A DNA stretch of 64,000 nt from the NCBI GenBank assembly GCA_002269645.1, contig NIVC01000757.1:210298-274297 (forward strand), written 5' to 3'. Every line of letters begins with the position of its first letter. The stretch's first letter is position 1. The translations under genes were made by a program, and so were the position numbers. The stretch comes from Macrostomum lignano. Its lineage: Eukaryota. Under the pieces are notes generated by a model, which worked only from the letters and a program-made list of their open reading frames with translations, made no database searches and was not told the DNA's origin. Below are positions 1-17,576 of this stretch, one piece after another.

Positions 1-1300
1 GACCAGAGACAGCGGCTGAGGAGACTCCGGCCGAGCCTGAGACTCCGCGGCCGGGCAGCCCCAACACCGAAAGCGAGGTGCCGGGGCAGCCCAGAGGCGT
101 AGCGAACGCGGGAACAAAGGAGTTCCCCCCGAGCGGCTCACTCCTCGGTGGTGAGGAGATGTGGCACTGCTTGGCGGTGCTCATTAACTATTTATGTGCT
201 AAAGCTGGAAATGGTTTGATCGCGCTGCGCTCGTATTATAGGCGGCATGTGGCCGTCGGTCATATTTCAAGTAAATGAAGACCGCTTAGGCTATCAGCGG
301 TTTTCTTTGCTCAGCCAAGAGCTCTCTCAAACAGAAGAGAGTTCACTTTATTGCTACGACAAGACAATTTCCAGGTCGTTGTCCCACGGCATCTTGGGTT
401 GATTTGGTTTCCGCCTTGGCAGGACGGTGAAAGAGTCAGCGGACTGGTCCAGAGCCGGGGTCGCAGTGCGCAGTCTGCCCAGGAAGGCTGCCCGAGTCTC
501 CGGGTTTCTCAGACCAGCTCAGATCGGGTTCAATGGGAAAGGCTTCAGCATAGTCCAGCGATGGTCTCAGGCCACCAGGTTGTGGTCAGACTTCACGCAA
601 ATAGGACGGATGCTGGTTACTCTGCGCACTCTAGACAGGAGAGCAAAGGGGCAGAAGACCCAGTCCAGCCGCGTAGCCCGCTTGCTGGGACCAAAGAAAA
701 TCGGGAGCTTGTAGAGACGCTGCCTCATAGTGCCGTTTACGGCAATCAGATCCCTGGCCTGGGTGAAGCTGGACAGATAAGCCGAATTGGCGTTCGGCAC
801 ACCACAGAAATTCTTCACTAAGCGGCCATCAGCAGGCAGGGGCGCATTGAAGTCACCGACAACAAAACTAAGATCTCGAGGCGGAGTTAGGCGGATTCAG
901 GTTGTCGTAGAGGCCCTCGGTCTCAGTGGGGTTCTTGCTGGTGCGGAGGGCTGTCGGGAAATACACGCAGACAACATGCAGGTGCATGTCCTTCAGCGTA
1001 ATTTCCGATTGACCATGCAAGGCGCTCAGACGGTAACCGGGTTTCCAGCAGGGCTTTGGTTGGACGCGGCGGGCGAGAGCAGGAAGTCAACAGCCCCGAT
1101 GCCCCGGGGCGTGGCTGGGGCGGCCTTGAATTGCCATCCGAGGCCCGCGGGTCCGCACTCCTGCGATGCTCTTGGACAGCCAGAACTGAGATACCCATGC
1201 AGGTCGGCCACCAACCACGTCAGCTCCTGCAGCCTCCACGGGTAGCTGAGACTGCGGGTGTTAAAGGTGGCGAGCCGATTCTGGGCTAGAAGTGCAGGTG
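1..1300 (-). mobile_element. Decayed non-LTR retrotransposon (LINE) ORF2 N-terminus, AP-endonuclease domain
   Basis: Minus-strand frames give EN motifs in order: LATFNTRSL, VLAVQEHRR, GAVDFLLS, HVVCVYFPTA, VGDFNAP, TRLDWVF, SDHNLV. Interrupted by frameshifts and stops; continues off the window edge. Confidence 0.85.
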
Positions 1301-1867
1301 GTGGTCGACTCGTCTCTCGGTCCGCTCCCCTTGCGCGTGCATTGCGGGGAGCCGGTTGGGGTGGAGGTGCCGGCCCTCGAGGCGATATGAACACCTACTG
1401 GATTTTTTAGTTGGCTGCTGTTGCAGGCGCGTCCCAATGAATCTGCGGCGGCCATCAGAGTATCCCGTCAGAGGCCCCGTCTTCGTTGACGGCAGCAGCT
1501 ATTTTGGGAGCCACCGCATTCTCTTCCAGCCACAACGCATCTGCTGTTGTTCTTGCTGCTGGTGGCGCAAACCTCTCGATGGGTACTCGATCGCATTACG
1601 GCCAGACTGGGCAGATAGGCGGTGACTTTATTGCTAGTCAGACTATATCCCGCGGCTGCTTGACATCTGCAGCCGCCCACTGGGCCTCGGTAATGGACGC
1701 ATTTCGCTCCGGCAAGTCAGCCAACTTTAAACTTTGTAGGACATTTTTGCATCTCGTGTCATACATATATACTCCGCCAACAGACAAGTGTCCACCCTTT
1801 TCTCGGTAGAATTCGTCTCTTAGTTGAGTGGCAAATCAATCCAACAGTTTGACCATCGACGAAATTC

Positions 1868-2460
1868 GTCTATGGGTTGAAAGGTGGGGCACTTTCTAAA
1901 GCGTACCATTGTCGGCTGATTTTCCATGCAAGAATGGCATTCTTGCACTCTTTTGCGTGCAGGAATGGATGTCTATGGTAAAATCTCACTGAAAAAGCAT
2001 TAGGCGCAGAAATGCATTCCTGCACGGTTTTGTGCATTCCTGCACGATGAATCATCCGACAATGGAATTCCTTCACGTTCACTCGTGCGTGAAGGAATAT
2101 ATCATTCTTATTTGATCCAGCGTGCAAGAATGCTTTGGAAGTCGCCATATGCGTGCAGAAATGCAAGTGTCTATGGTAAAAGCACCTTGAATTTACATGT
2201 GCACTCCGTGCAGGAATGTCAATCGTGCAAGAATGTAATGCGCAATGTTTCTATATTTAGCATATCAGCCATAGACTACAAGCATAATTTTCTTTCCATC
2301 GTGCAAGAATGTTCAGACTAGCTCGCGCATATTTTGTCTATGGTTCAAGTCTAACTCCACACCACCAGCTCCACCCTTGTCTACTTTAGCCACACATGTT
2401 GGATCAAATAAGAATGGGAATCAAGCACTTTGACTCGTCAGCGTGCTAGATTCCTCCATT
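1868..2460. repeat. Region rich in CGTGCA(A/G)GAATG motifs in both orientations, probable non-autonomous element
   Basis: About 10 copies of cgtgcaagaatg/cattcctgcacg-like motifs, an inverted pair cattcttatttgatcc (~2103) / ggatcaaataagaatg (~2400), and five GTCTATGG/CCATAGAC motifs. Confidence 0.5.
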
Positions 2461-2689
2461 CAGCGAGAAAATTCGCCACAAAATGTGCTCAGCTGCTGCA
2501 GGCGATAGCGGGCACTCAACTGAGAGCCGAAATTCTCCTGAGAAGGACACTTTTGTCTGCTACAGAGTATAATAGTATAAACGGCGCCCTCTGATTTTCC
2601 CATTAACGCCCTTAAGGCATGGGTCGTATTACTATTATTGTGTCATAGACATTTGTGTCCTTGACAAAGTGGGACAGAATAATCGGGCG

Positions 2690-2780
2690 TCAAATGTCAT
2701 TAACTGCCCGCTAATTTGCATTAAATTAAGTTTGACATAGACAATCGGGCGTTAAATGTCATTAACTGCCCGCTAATTTT
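2690..2780. repeat. Direct repeat, 2 copies of ~37 bp
   Basis: aatcgggcgtcaaatgtcattaactgcccgctaattt at ~2690 recurs with one mismatch at ~2743. Confidence 0.7.
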
Positions 2781-3550
2781 GATATTTCTTTCCTGCAAGC
2801 GGGCTTAAATGTATTCTGTGGCATTAAAAGGCAAGATCAGAGAATAAGTGCCCAGCGGGCACAATTAAGGTCATGGTACAACAATGCCGTTTAAGATTTC
2901 CTCCGGGTACGCACTCAAAATTGAGCACACGGAACTTCTCGAAGACTCTTTGAAGCTCCAGGCTGCATCATTTTCTCTAATATACTTTTAGATCGAGGAT
3001 TAATACAGATCGTAACATAATATCAAGTATACAGTGATAGAGTTTATGCACATTCCCAATCTAACTAGCCAGCATATTATAATAGCTTAGTATAATTTAC
3101 ACTCTTATTAAAATTAACTTATTCTAGTTAACTGGATATCGTTTGCAGCTTTTTGCCATAGACTAAAGTTCAGGCTCTCGTTCTCACTTCGTGAAATTTT
3201 AGTCCGTCATTTTAACCATAGACTATTTAACCATATAGATAGCTGCTTGCTGCATGCAGACCTGTCCGCGTCAGTTCGTATTTAAAGACTCTGTCACTCC
3301 TCTTCACCCTCCCCTGAAATCGCTTCTACAAATGTAATATATACATATATACTCATGCAGCGCCCTAGCTTGCAACCGGCTCCAGTCTGGAATGCTTTCT
3401 TCGGGTTTTTTCGAGTAAGTTGACTACCTCGCATTAATATATATTCTGTTCATAACTATTTGATCACGAAAACCATGCAGTCTTTATTACCGGTCCCTCA
3501 CACGCTGCAGGTTGCAAGTAGAGCAGTCTTTGTGATCTGCTAAATTTAAT

Positions 3551-4938
3551 GGGGGCCCATCACAAGCTCGAAAAATCACATCGTCGAAAAGCATCCACCG
3601 TCACAAGCTCGAAAAGTCATAAGCTCGAAAAATCATATCGTCGAAAAGTTTAGCAACCACCATTACAAGCTCGAAAACTCACAAGCTCGAAAACTCACAA
3701 GCTCGAAAACTCACAAGCTCGAAAACTCACAAGCTCGAAAACTCACATCGTCGAAAACTGATTTAGCAACCACCATCACAAGCTCGAAAACTCACAAGCT
3801 CGAAAAATCATATCGTCGAAAAGTTTAGCAACCACCATCACATGCTCGAAAAATCACATCGTCGAAAACTGATTTAGCAGCCGACACCACAAGCTCGAAA
3901 AGTCACAAGCTCGAAAACTCACATCGTCGAAAAGTTTAGCAGCCACCATCACAAGCTCGAAAACTCACATCGTCGAAAAGTTTAGCAACCACCATCACAA
4001 GCTCGAAAAGTCATAAGCTCGAAAAATCATATCGTCGAAAAGTCTAGCAACCACCATCATAAGCTCGAAAAGTCACATCGTCGAAAAGGTTAGCAACCAC
4101 CATCACAAGCTTGAATAGGGTTAGGGTAGAGCTTGTGCCTTAGGGTTAGGGTTTAGGGTTAGGGTCGGGGTTAGAACTAATGCCTTTAAGTTAGGGTTTA
4201 GGGTTAGGTTAGGGTTGGGGTTAGGGTTATGGTTCAGGGTTAGGCTAGGGTACTGGTGCCTTAGGGTTAGGGTTAGTGCCTTGGGGTTAGGGTTAGGGTT
4301 AGAGCTTGTGCCTTTTCGAGCTTGTGATGATGTTAGCTAAACTTTTCGACGATATGATTTTTCGAGCTTAGACTTTTCGAGCTTGTGATGGTGGCTGCTA
4401 AATCAGTTTTCAACGATGTGATTTTTCGAGCTTGTGAGTTTTCGAGCTTGTGATGGTGGTTGCTAAACTCTTCGACGAAATGATTTTTCGAGCTTATGAC
4501 TTTTCGAGCTTGTGATGTCGGCTGCTAAATCAGTTTTCGACGATGTGATTTTTCGAGCTTGTGAGTTTTCGAGCTTGTGAGTTTTCGAGCTTGTGATGGT
4601 GGTTGCTAAACTTTTCGACGATGTGAGTTTTCGAGCTTGTGATGGTGGCTGCTAAACTTTTCGACGATGTGAGTTTTCGAGCTTGTGATGGTGGCTGCTA
4701 AACTTTTCGACGATGTGAGTTTTCGAGCTTGTGATGGTGGTTGCTAAACTTTTCGACCATGTGAGTTTTCGAGCTTGTGATGGTGGCTGCTAAACTTTTC
4801 GACGATGTGAGTTTTCGAGCTTGTGATGGTGGTTGCTAAACTTTTCGACGATGTGAGTTTTCGAGCTTGTGAGTTTTCGAGCTTGTGATGGAGCCCTGTT
4901 TCGACGATGTGATTTTTCGAGCTTGTGATGGCGACCCT
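3551..4938. mobile_element. Foldback-like element: modular inverted arms around a telomere-like core
   Basis: Left arm 3551-4110 is tandem cacaagctcgaaaa / catcgtcgaaaa modules; right arm 4313-4938 is the reverse complement; the outer ~33 bp are near-perfect inverted; centre 4117-4302 is degenerate (TTAGGG)n. Confidence 0.8.
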
Positions 4939-6714
4939 CTAAACAAACAAGATTATTCAGTTGTCACTGCAGTGTGTGGGTCTTCGTACTGAATATTTCG
5001 TTGGTTGATATTTAGAATTTCCTGCGTGATTTCCATGCGCAATCGCTCTCGTTAACAACGCGCGTCAGAGTCTTGTACCACGCCCCCGCCACCTGGTTCA
5101 ATCCCCTGCACGGCACAGAGAGCACACACCTGGCGATTAGAAAGTCATAGGACCTCTCTGTACACCGGCCCTGTTTGAGAGCAAGTTTTTTTCAGATGGA
5201 TTTCATTATTATTTTTAAAAATCAAGGTTTAATTAAAGAAACAAATTAACACGAAAGTAATTAGAAAATCCCTTGCCAAACTGCAGAGAGCGGAGTTCGC
5301 TTCGGCCAAGCACCTGCATCGTCACCATCAAGTTCAGGTCCGATCCAAAACTGTCTCACGCTGGCGCCGAGCCGCAGGGTGCTTCCAACCTCCAAACGAG
5401 ACTGCAGTCAGCTACGTCAGGTACTTCTTCAACGCCTCCTGACCGTCAACGCCAAGGGCTACCTGAGATAACTGAGATAACTCTCATAACTGAGAGTGAG
5501 TTCGATCGTAATCGAGAGCTGGCACGCAGAACATTATCCACAGCAACTACGGCTGCTACTCACACCACCTCTCGTTCTGACGAGTGAAGAGGAGCGAGCT
5601 GTGCTAATTCAAGTGTAGGAAGTGATTTTATGACCTTCACCGGTTTTGTTTCTAGCATCGTAAAAATTGCAAAAAAATCCAAGTTGTCAAATAAACAATT
5701 CTCAGTCGATAATTCGTGCTGCTAGATCGTTTATTAGCTTTGAATGTTTCTCTATTTTTTTAATTTGAATAATGATCGAATAGCGTAAATAACTGTTGTG
5801 CTATAGTGAAGATTTGTTAATTTGTTGCTGAACTATGGTTTGACCAAGAGAACAGAATAAATCGATCGATTAAAAATGGACTACATATATAGCATAGGAC
5901 AAAATACTTTTTTGTTAGAATTTTCGTTTACTATTTTTTATAGCTTGCTTGGGATCTTCATGGGAATTTTAGAAGAATCATATATAACTTTATAAAATTG
6001 TGAAGCAACTATATGATGGGACCCATAATTGCATTGTTTGTAGGTATTGCAGATGGGGACATATTTTGTACTATTTATTCTAGCTGGCCTTAGAATAAAA
6101 TATATTATCTGGGAAAACTTAGGCCTACCATGATCGCTAAATCCTGCTATATGCAAGGACTACTTAACCACTCAGGACGTTACACTTGCGAAAATGGTAG
6201 AAATTCTAGAAAAGGCCGCTTGCTCCGCTGTGTCTATGGCAATGAAGCCTTTTCACTAACAAACTCTCATACTCTCAGTGCAAGGTTTAAACAAAGTGAA
6301 GCAACAATTTTTGTTTTTCGTCCTAACTCTTATAACACGTTCTTTTTGTTCAAAATGCCAATCAATGGGGGGTTAACTGGAAGAGAGAACTCCAGGCAAC
6401 GGCCAAAGCCACGAGCGGCGCTAGCCGCGAGTGGAAATTTGGCCGTTGCCTGGAGTTCTCTCTTCCAGTTAACTTCATTGCAGGAAATATCTATGGCACG
6501 AATCGAAGTGGCCCAGAAGGAGGAGGCACAAACGTCTATGGCACGAAAGCCAAAAGGCGTGGAGAGTTCATGGCAATGACAATCCTATTGATTGAATGGA
6601 GGGTTGAAATGTCTATGGCAAAACTTTCAGTGGGGGTGAAGGGGTTTGTGTGAGGGATTCCCAGGCAGTAAGTAGTCTGTCCAAACCTGTTGATTCAAGA
6701 GTTTTCTGTCCATC

Positions 6715-8170
6715 ATGAGCGACCCGATAATACATTATATTAATTGGGGTAACCTCCCGTGTGAGGACCTCGGCAACATCACGCAGGATGAACTGAACTT
6801 CCTCTCGGAATCCTCTGCCGTTGATCGGCACGACGAAGATTTCGATGCGTTCCTGAAGTATGTCCAAAATGGTCCAGCTGATACTGGGCTGCCAATGATC
6901 GATGGAGATGAAAAGATAGACGTTTCCGAGATGGACAGAATCGAGATCGAGAGTCTGCCTGAGGATACTCGGAAGCAGATGTACCAGCATGGCCAACGTT
7001 TTCGAGACTTCCTGGAAGGGGAGAATCTGCGCAACATTCAGCATGTCAACAATCCTACATTGAACCAATATCTTCGGTACTTCTACTTCAAGCTGAAGAA
7101 ACAGGATGGCTCGTTCTACTCGCCGGCCTCTCTCATCTGTATCCGGGCTGGAATTCAGCGTTTCCTACGCATGGTTCTGAAGCTGCCTGTCGATATAATC
7201 GGTGGTGAGGAATTCAATTCCTGCAACGAGATGCTGCGTGTCAAGGTTCGTGATTTCCATCGAGATGGTGGCTGCACCAGGCAGTATGAACCAATTGAAG
7301 AAGGCGACATGCAGAAGTTGCGGTGCTACTTTGAAGGGACTACGGCTGAAATCGAGCAGGCTAAATTTCTGTTCTATGTTCTTTACTCCTTTGGAGAGCG
7401 TGGCCAGGAGCATCTGAAGTTCCTGAGACAAAGGGACTCCTTGAATTGCACACGGATTCTGACGGCAAGGAGTACTACTGTCTTCCTGCTCTGCCAACGA
7501 AGAATAAGTCAGCCGATCCTGTGAAGGCGAAGGCCAGGCCGGACAACAAACAAGCTCGGATCTACGACACGGCCAAAGTGAGGAGATATCTACAACTGCT
7601 ACCTCCAACAACCAAGGACAACCATCTGTTCCCGCGTCCACTATCCAACACGGATTCCAATGGACAGCCTATGTTCTCAACAAAGCAGAATCGCGGGGAG
7701 AACTACTTCCTGCGTTTCATGCGAAACTTGAGCGAGAAGGCCGGTTTGTCCAAGATGTACACGAATCATTGCATTCGGTAAGCCTTTTTCTTCATATTGC
7801 TTTAAACCAGTTGCATATTTTCTATGCAATACTTTATTTCTGTTGTAGAGTGAGCAGGATTGCTGATCTAGAGGCTGCTGGGTACAACCTGGCTGACATC
7901 ATGTCGATAACCGGTCAGGTTTCTGAGAGGACAACTCGCCGTTACCTGTCCAAGCGCCGTGATCGCTCGCTGCAGTCTACCAGTGAGGCTGTTTCTATGG
8001 CACTTGATTTGAATGGTTCTTCACAAGCTGTTGCGACTCCATTGCGTGAGAGTTCACCGGTGCCAGTACCTGTGTCGTCTTCCGTGCAGATCACCGGCAT
8101 CAGTCATGACAATCCGTCGGTCAGGTACAGTTTCCACAACTGTTCATTCAATGGTTGCAAATTTGAGTAA
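6715..8170 (+). CDS. Crypton/DUF3504-like tyrosine recombinase (exons 6715-7777 and 7849-8170; 1-nt frameshift near 7441)
   Basis: Motifs KKQDGSFYSPASLICIRAGIQRFL, ERGQE (R), TKNK (K), YTNHCIR (HxxR), TGQVSERTTRRY (Y), C-terminal FHNCSF. GT-AG intron 7778-7848 splits the R codon of HCIR. Adding one T at gactccttgaa restores DSFELHTDSDGKEYY. Confidence 0.88.
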
Positions 8171-8376
8171 TGGACTCAACCGTCGTATTTTCTGGACTTT
8201 CTCCTGCTGTCGTGATGAGAACATGACCATAGGTTAGACTTGCACTCAATTGACTAAGCAGTGTTATTGTTGGAACATTTTTTGTTGGACTTCAATAAAT
8301 ATAAGAATTTCACGCTTCGTGTTACTTTTTTCGCCTATGGTATTGTTGTCCAGTCTTGTTTTTTTACCTCCAGAAA

Positions 8377-8545
8377 ATGGCCGGTCATTGTCCGGAGGTC
8401 ATTGCCATGAACAAATATTTCGGGCAATGCTGCGTCCCAGGATGCAGAAGCAATTATAGAAGCAGCGAAAAATGCACTGTTTTCGGGCTTTCCAAAGGAA
8501 GAAGCTGAAGCTGAGGCATGGCTCAAATGCGTTGCCTGTGCAAGT
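8377..8545 (+). pseudogene. THAP zinc-finger-like N-terminal fragment inside the Crypton
   Basis: ATG 8377 gives MAGHCPEVIAMNKYFGQCCVPGCRSNYRSSEKCTVFG; removing one G at 8485-8487 continues FPKEEAEAEAWLKCV, matching the THAP CxxxC...FP...W pattern. The C-terminal VCxxHF was not found. Confidence 0.5.
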
Positions 8546-10465
8546 TAAGGTAATTCATGTAACTTTTGACCCTAATTTCTCGTCCCTACTATAAAGATAC
8601 GCGAGTGACTGTATTGCGGTGTTTATTCAATTTTATCTGTAGAAGGCTAGCATCTACATGGGAGTTGGGTTTTCAGCACAGGCTGCAGCGCAGTCAACTG
8701 AAAGCAATTTTCAACATGACGCGCAGCTATGAAAGCTATGAAATCTCTGCAATCCCTGCAGCTCATTCTCACATAGCTGCGCTTCAGTCGATCTGTCTAC
8801 CGGTAAAATCATCTGATCCACGTCAGCAATTTCTTCTAGGCGATTCTGGGCAGCGTTGTGTTGACAGTTCCGTGCTTGTTTGAGAAAATATTCGAAAAAA
8901 ATTGTGTGCGAGTGTCTCGAAGGCTGGCCAACTCTATCTATATTGGAATCCGAGACTTCAGGCAGAGAATCCGAGACTTTCAGGCAATCAACCACCGCTT
9001 GCTCTCGCCGACTTCGCCAACTGAAACCTAGCTGAATGTCTCTTTTAAACATCTTTATGTTCATCTGGATCTATTTCGCCTTATACAGTTGTATACAGAG
9101 TTCCATCAGTTGCATATCCTATTCTTTAATTGTAATGTACTTCTTGTAACGACTATATTTGTATTTATTAATTATATATTCGTAAAAAAATATATATATA
9201 GCGAACAGTTTATGAGCACCTACCACTAGATAGGTTAGCACTTGCTTCTTTATCGAAAAAGCTTATTGAAAAGCCATAGAATCAGCTAAAGCAAGCGGCC
9301 TTTTCTAGAATTTCTACCAATCGCGAGTGTAACGTCCTGAGTTGTTAAGTAGTCCTTGTAGCTATGCAGCAAAAGCTGCAGGGGGGGGGTTTCAGAGATT
9401 TGCGAGCGCAGTGTCGATCATCACTAATTAATTTGTTGTCCATAGTTTGAGTCTTTCTCATTAGACAAGTCAATCTCTGCATGCAAGCCATCCCCGATTC
9501 ACTCTACTACGACACATGCAGCTGCTTTTTAAATATCAGGCTCAGGCTCCCTGATATCCTTTTATATCGCATAATTTTTTGTTCTCTGTGTTGTATCTGA
9601 TTCACTGCAATTGGTCGACCGAGCTACATGTACATACTCACGCCTTGGGAGGAGCTAAAAATTGTTTAGTTTAAACTTAAAATCTTGCTCAACATGTCTC
9701 GGCCACAGCTCTGTAAGTCGACATGAACATGTACATGTATACCTGCAGTATAAAAACAATTGCATTTCTTTAGCATGCATGCATGTATTGTCAACTAGGT
9801 GGAGAGTGACAGGAGAGAAAGAGTTCATAATTGCCTATCAAAGTTGCGTATTAGTATTTTTATTTAATCACTGAATTAATCGTTTTTTTGCTGACATAAA
9901 GACGAAATTGAAATTTTCTGAAAGCAATTGTAGGCCCATCCATGCATCCACCTACCTTTAGCGGGTTATATCTGTCAAGAGTTTTAAACAAGCAAAAGTT
10001 AATACATTTTACCCAGTCAAAATGCAGCTTCACAAAAGTCCTTTAAAAGTTAAAGTGAGTTTTTTTATGTCGAAAGCATTATAATAATTATTATGGTTTT
10101 TAAAGGTTCATATTTCCAGGAAGCTGTTAGTAACTGGGCGGGGACCATACTGTACAAACAATCGTACATGTCAAAGCACGATCGAATAAGGCACACGCAT
10201 GACGCATGAGCTGTCAGTTATAAGCTTGTTTCTATAGGGTATACTTTAAATATTTTTCTGATCTACCAATTATTATTTGAGAGGATTCTTAAATTAACAT
10301 TGTTTCTTTTCTAAATTTACATTGTTTACAATATAGGTCATAATATTTCTTGTTTGAACAGCTTCAAATCAAAGCTCCTATCTAAATCTGACTAGTTTTG
10401 TATTGCAGCATTAGATAATTTGCTTCTTTTCATTCTTGTCAGTAATATATTAACCTATTGTTGCA

Positions 10466-16839
<6,374 letters not shown>

Positions 16840-17576
16840 AAGAATATATCGATAACAGCTTGTGCTCCTTACTATTACTACTGACTAAACTGCAAAGATT
16901 TTAAAAGTTCCAGTCCGTAATATTATATCATATTCGTAATCTTCATAGTTTAATTCTGAATAAATAAAGTTTAGTTACGTTAGTTTTTTAGTTCATTCCT
17001 TTACTACTCGCTACTACTGGCCCCTACTATTGATAGTAGTTAGAGCGAGTTTTTCTCTCTTATTCTTTCATTTCTAGATTTGATCAATTAATTGTTCGTA
17101 GTTGAAAAAAGCTGTTTTGTGCATAAAATTGCAGTTGTTTTAAATTATCTAAAATACTAACTTAGGTTAACAACAATTATGCTCGTTTTTATAACTGATT
17201 GTTTTGTTAAAATTAGTCTACTTATCTGATATATTATCGTCCGGTGGCAATAAGTCCTGACGCATATCTACCTACTGACAAAGTAGTAGTGGACCAAAAT
17301 CTGTGTTATTAAAGGAAAATTAATATCTCAAATTGAATTTCATTCCTGTGCTTTGTTTTATGTTTCAATTATTCTCATCGGATCAGCTGAAGCATAAAAT
17401 TCCGCATAATCTATTTATTTTTATTTGGTATCTATTGTATGAATATTTTACTTCAGTTTAATACCGCATACAGTACTGTAATGGCCATAAATTTGCGTAT
17501 TGTTGTTTGATTATGCTAAAATGCACATTTTACCTTTAATTAATGCTGCTTAATTGTTTTGTTTTTTTATTTGTAG

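Larger units (their letters stand above)
6152..9360 (+). mobile_element. Crypton-type tyrosine-recombinase DNA transposon bounded by inverted repeats
   Basis: Inverted repeat 6154-6225 vs 9290-9358 (caaggactacttaa...aaaggccgcttgc), extending imperfectly to ~110 bp; flanked by GCTATA (6146-6151) and GCTATG (9361-9366); encloses a YR gene. Confidence 0.8.

Noticed and set aside
4117-4302. True chromosome telomere
   Set aside because: Short, degenerate, internal and enclosed by inverted arms; the similar short patch at ~55020 is also too weak.
5092-5120. B-box-like GGTTCAATCCC
   Set aside because: No matching A-box or tRNA fold could be seen.
5273-5587. 104-aa ORF
   Set aside because: Low-complexity translation, non-ATG start, no motif.
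8335-9064. Minus-strand ORFs 8711-9064 and 8335-8526 as a convergent Crypton gene
   Set aside because: No recognisable motif; they overlap the better-supported plus-strand THAP-like segment.
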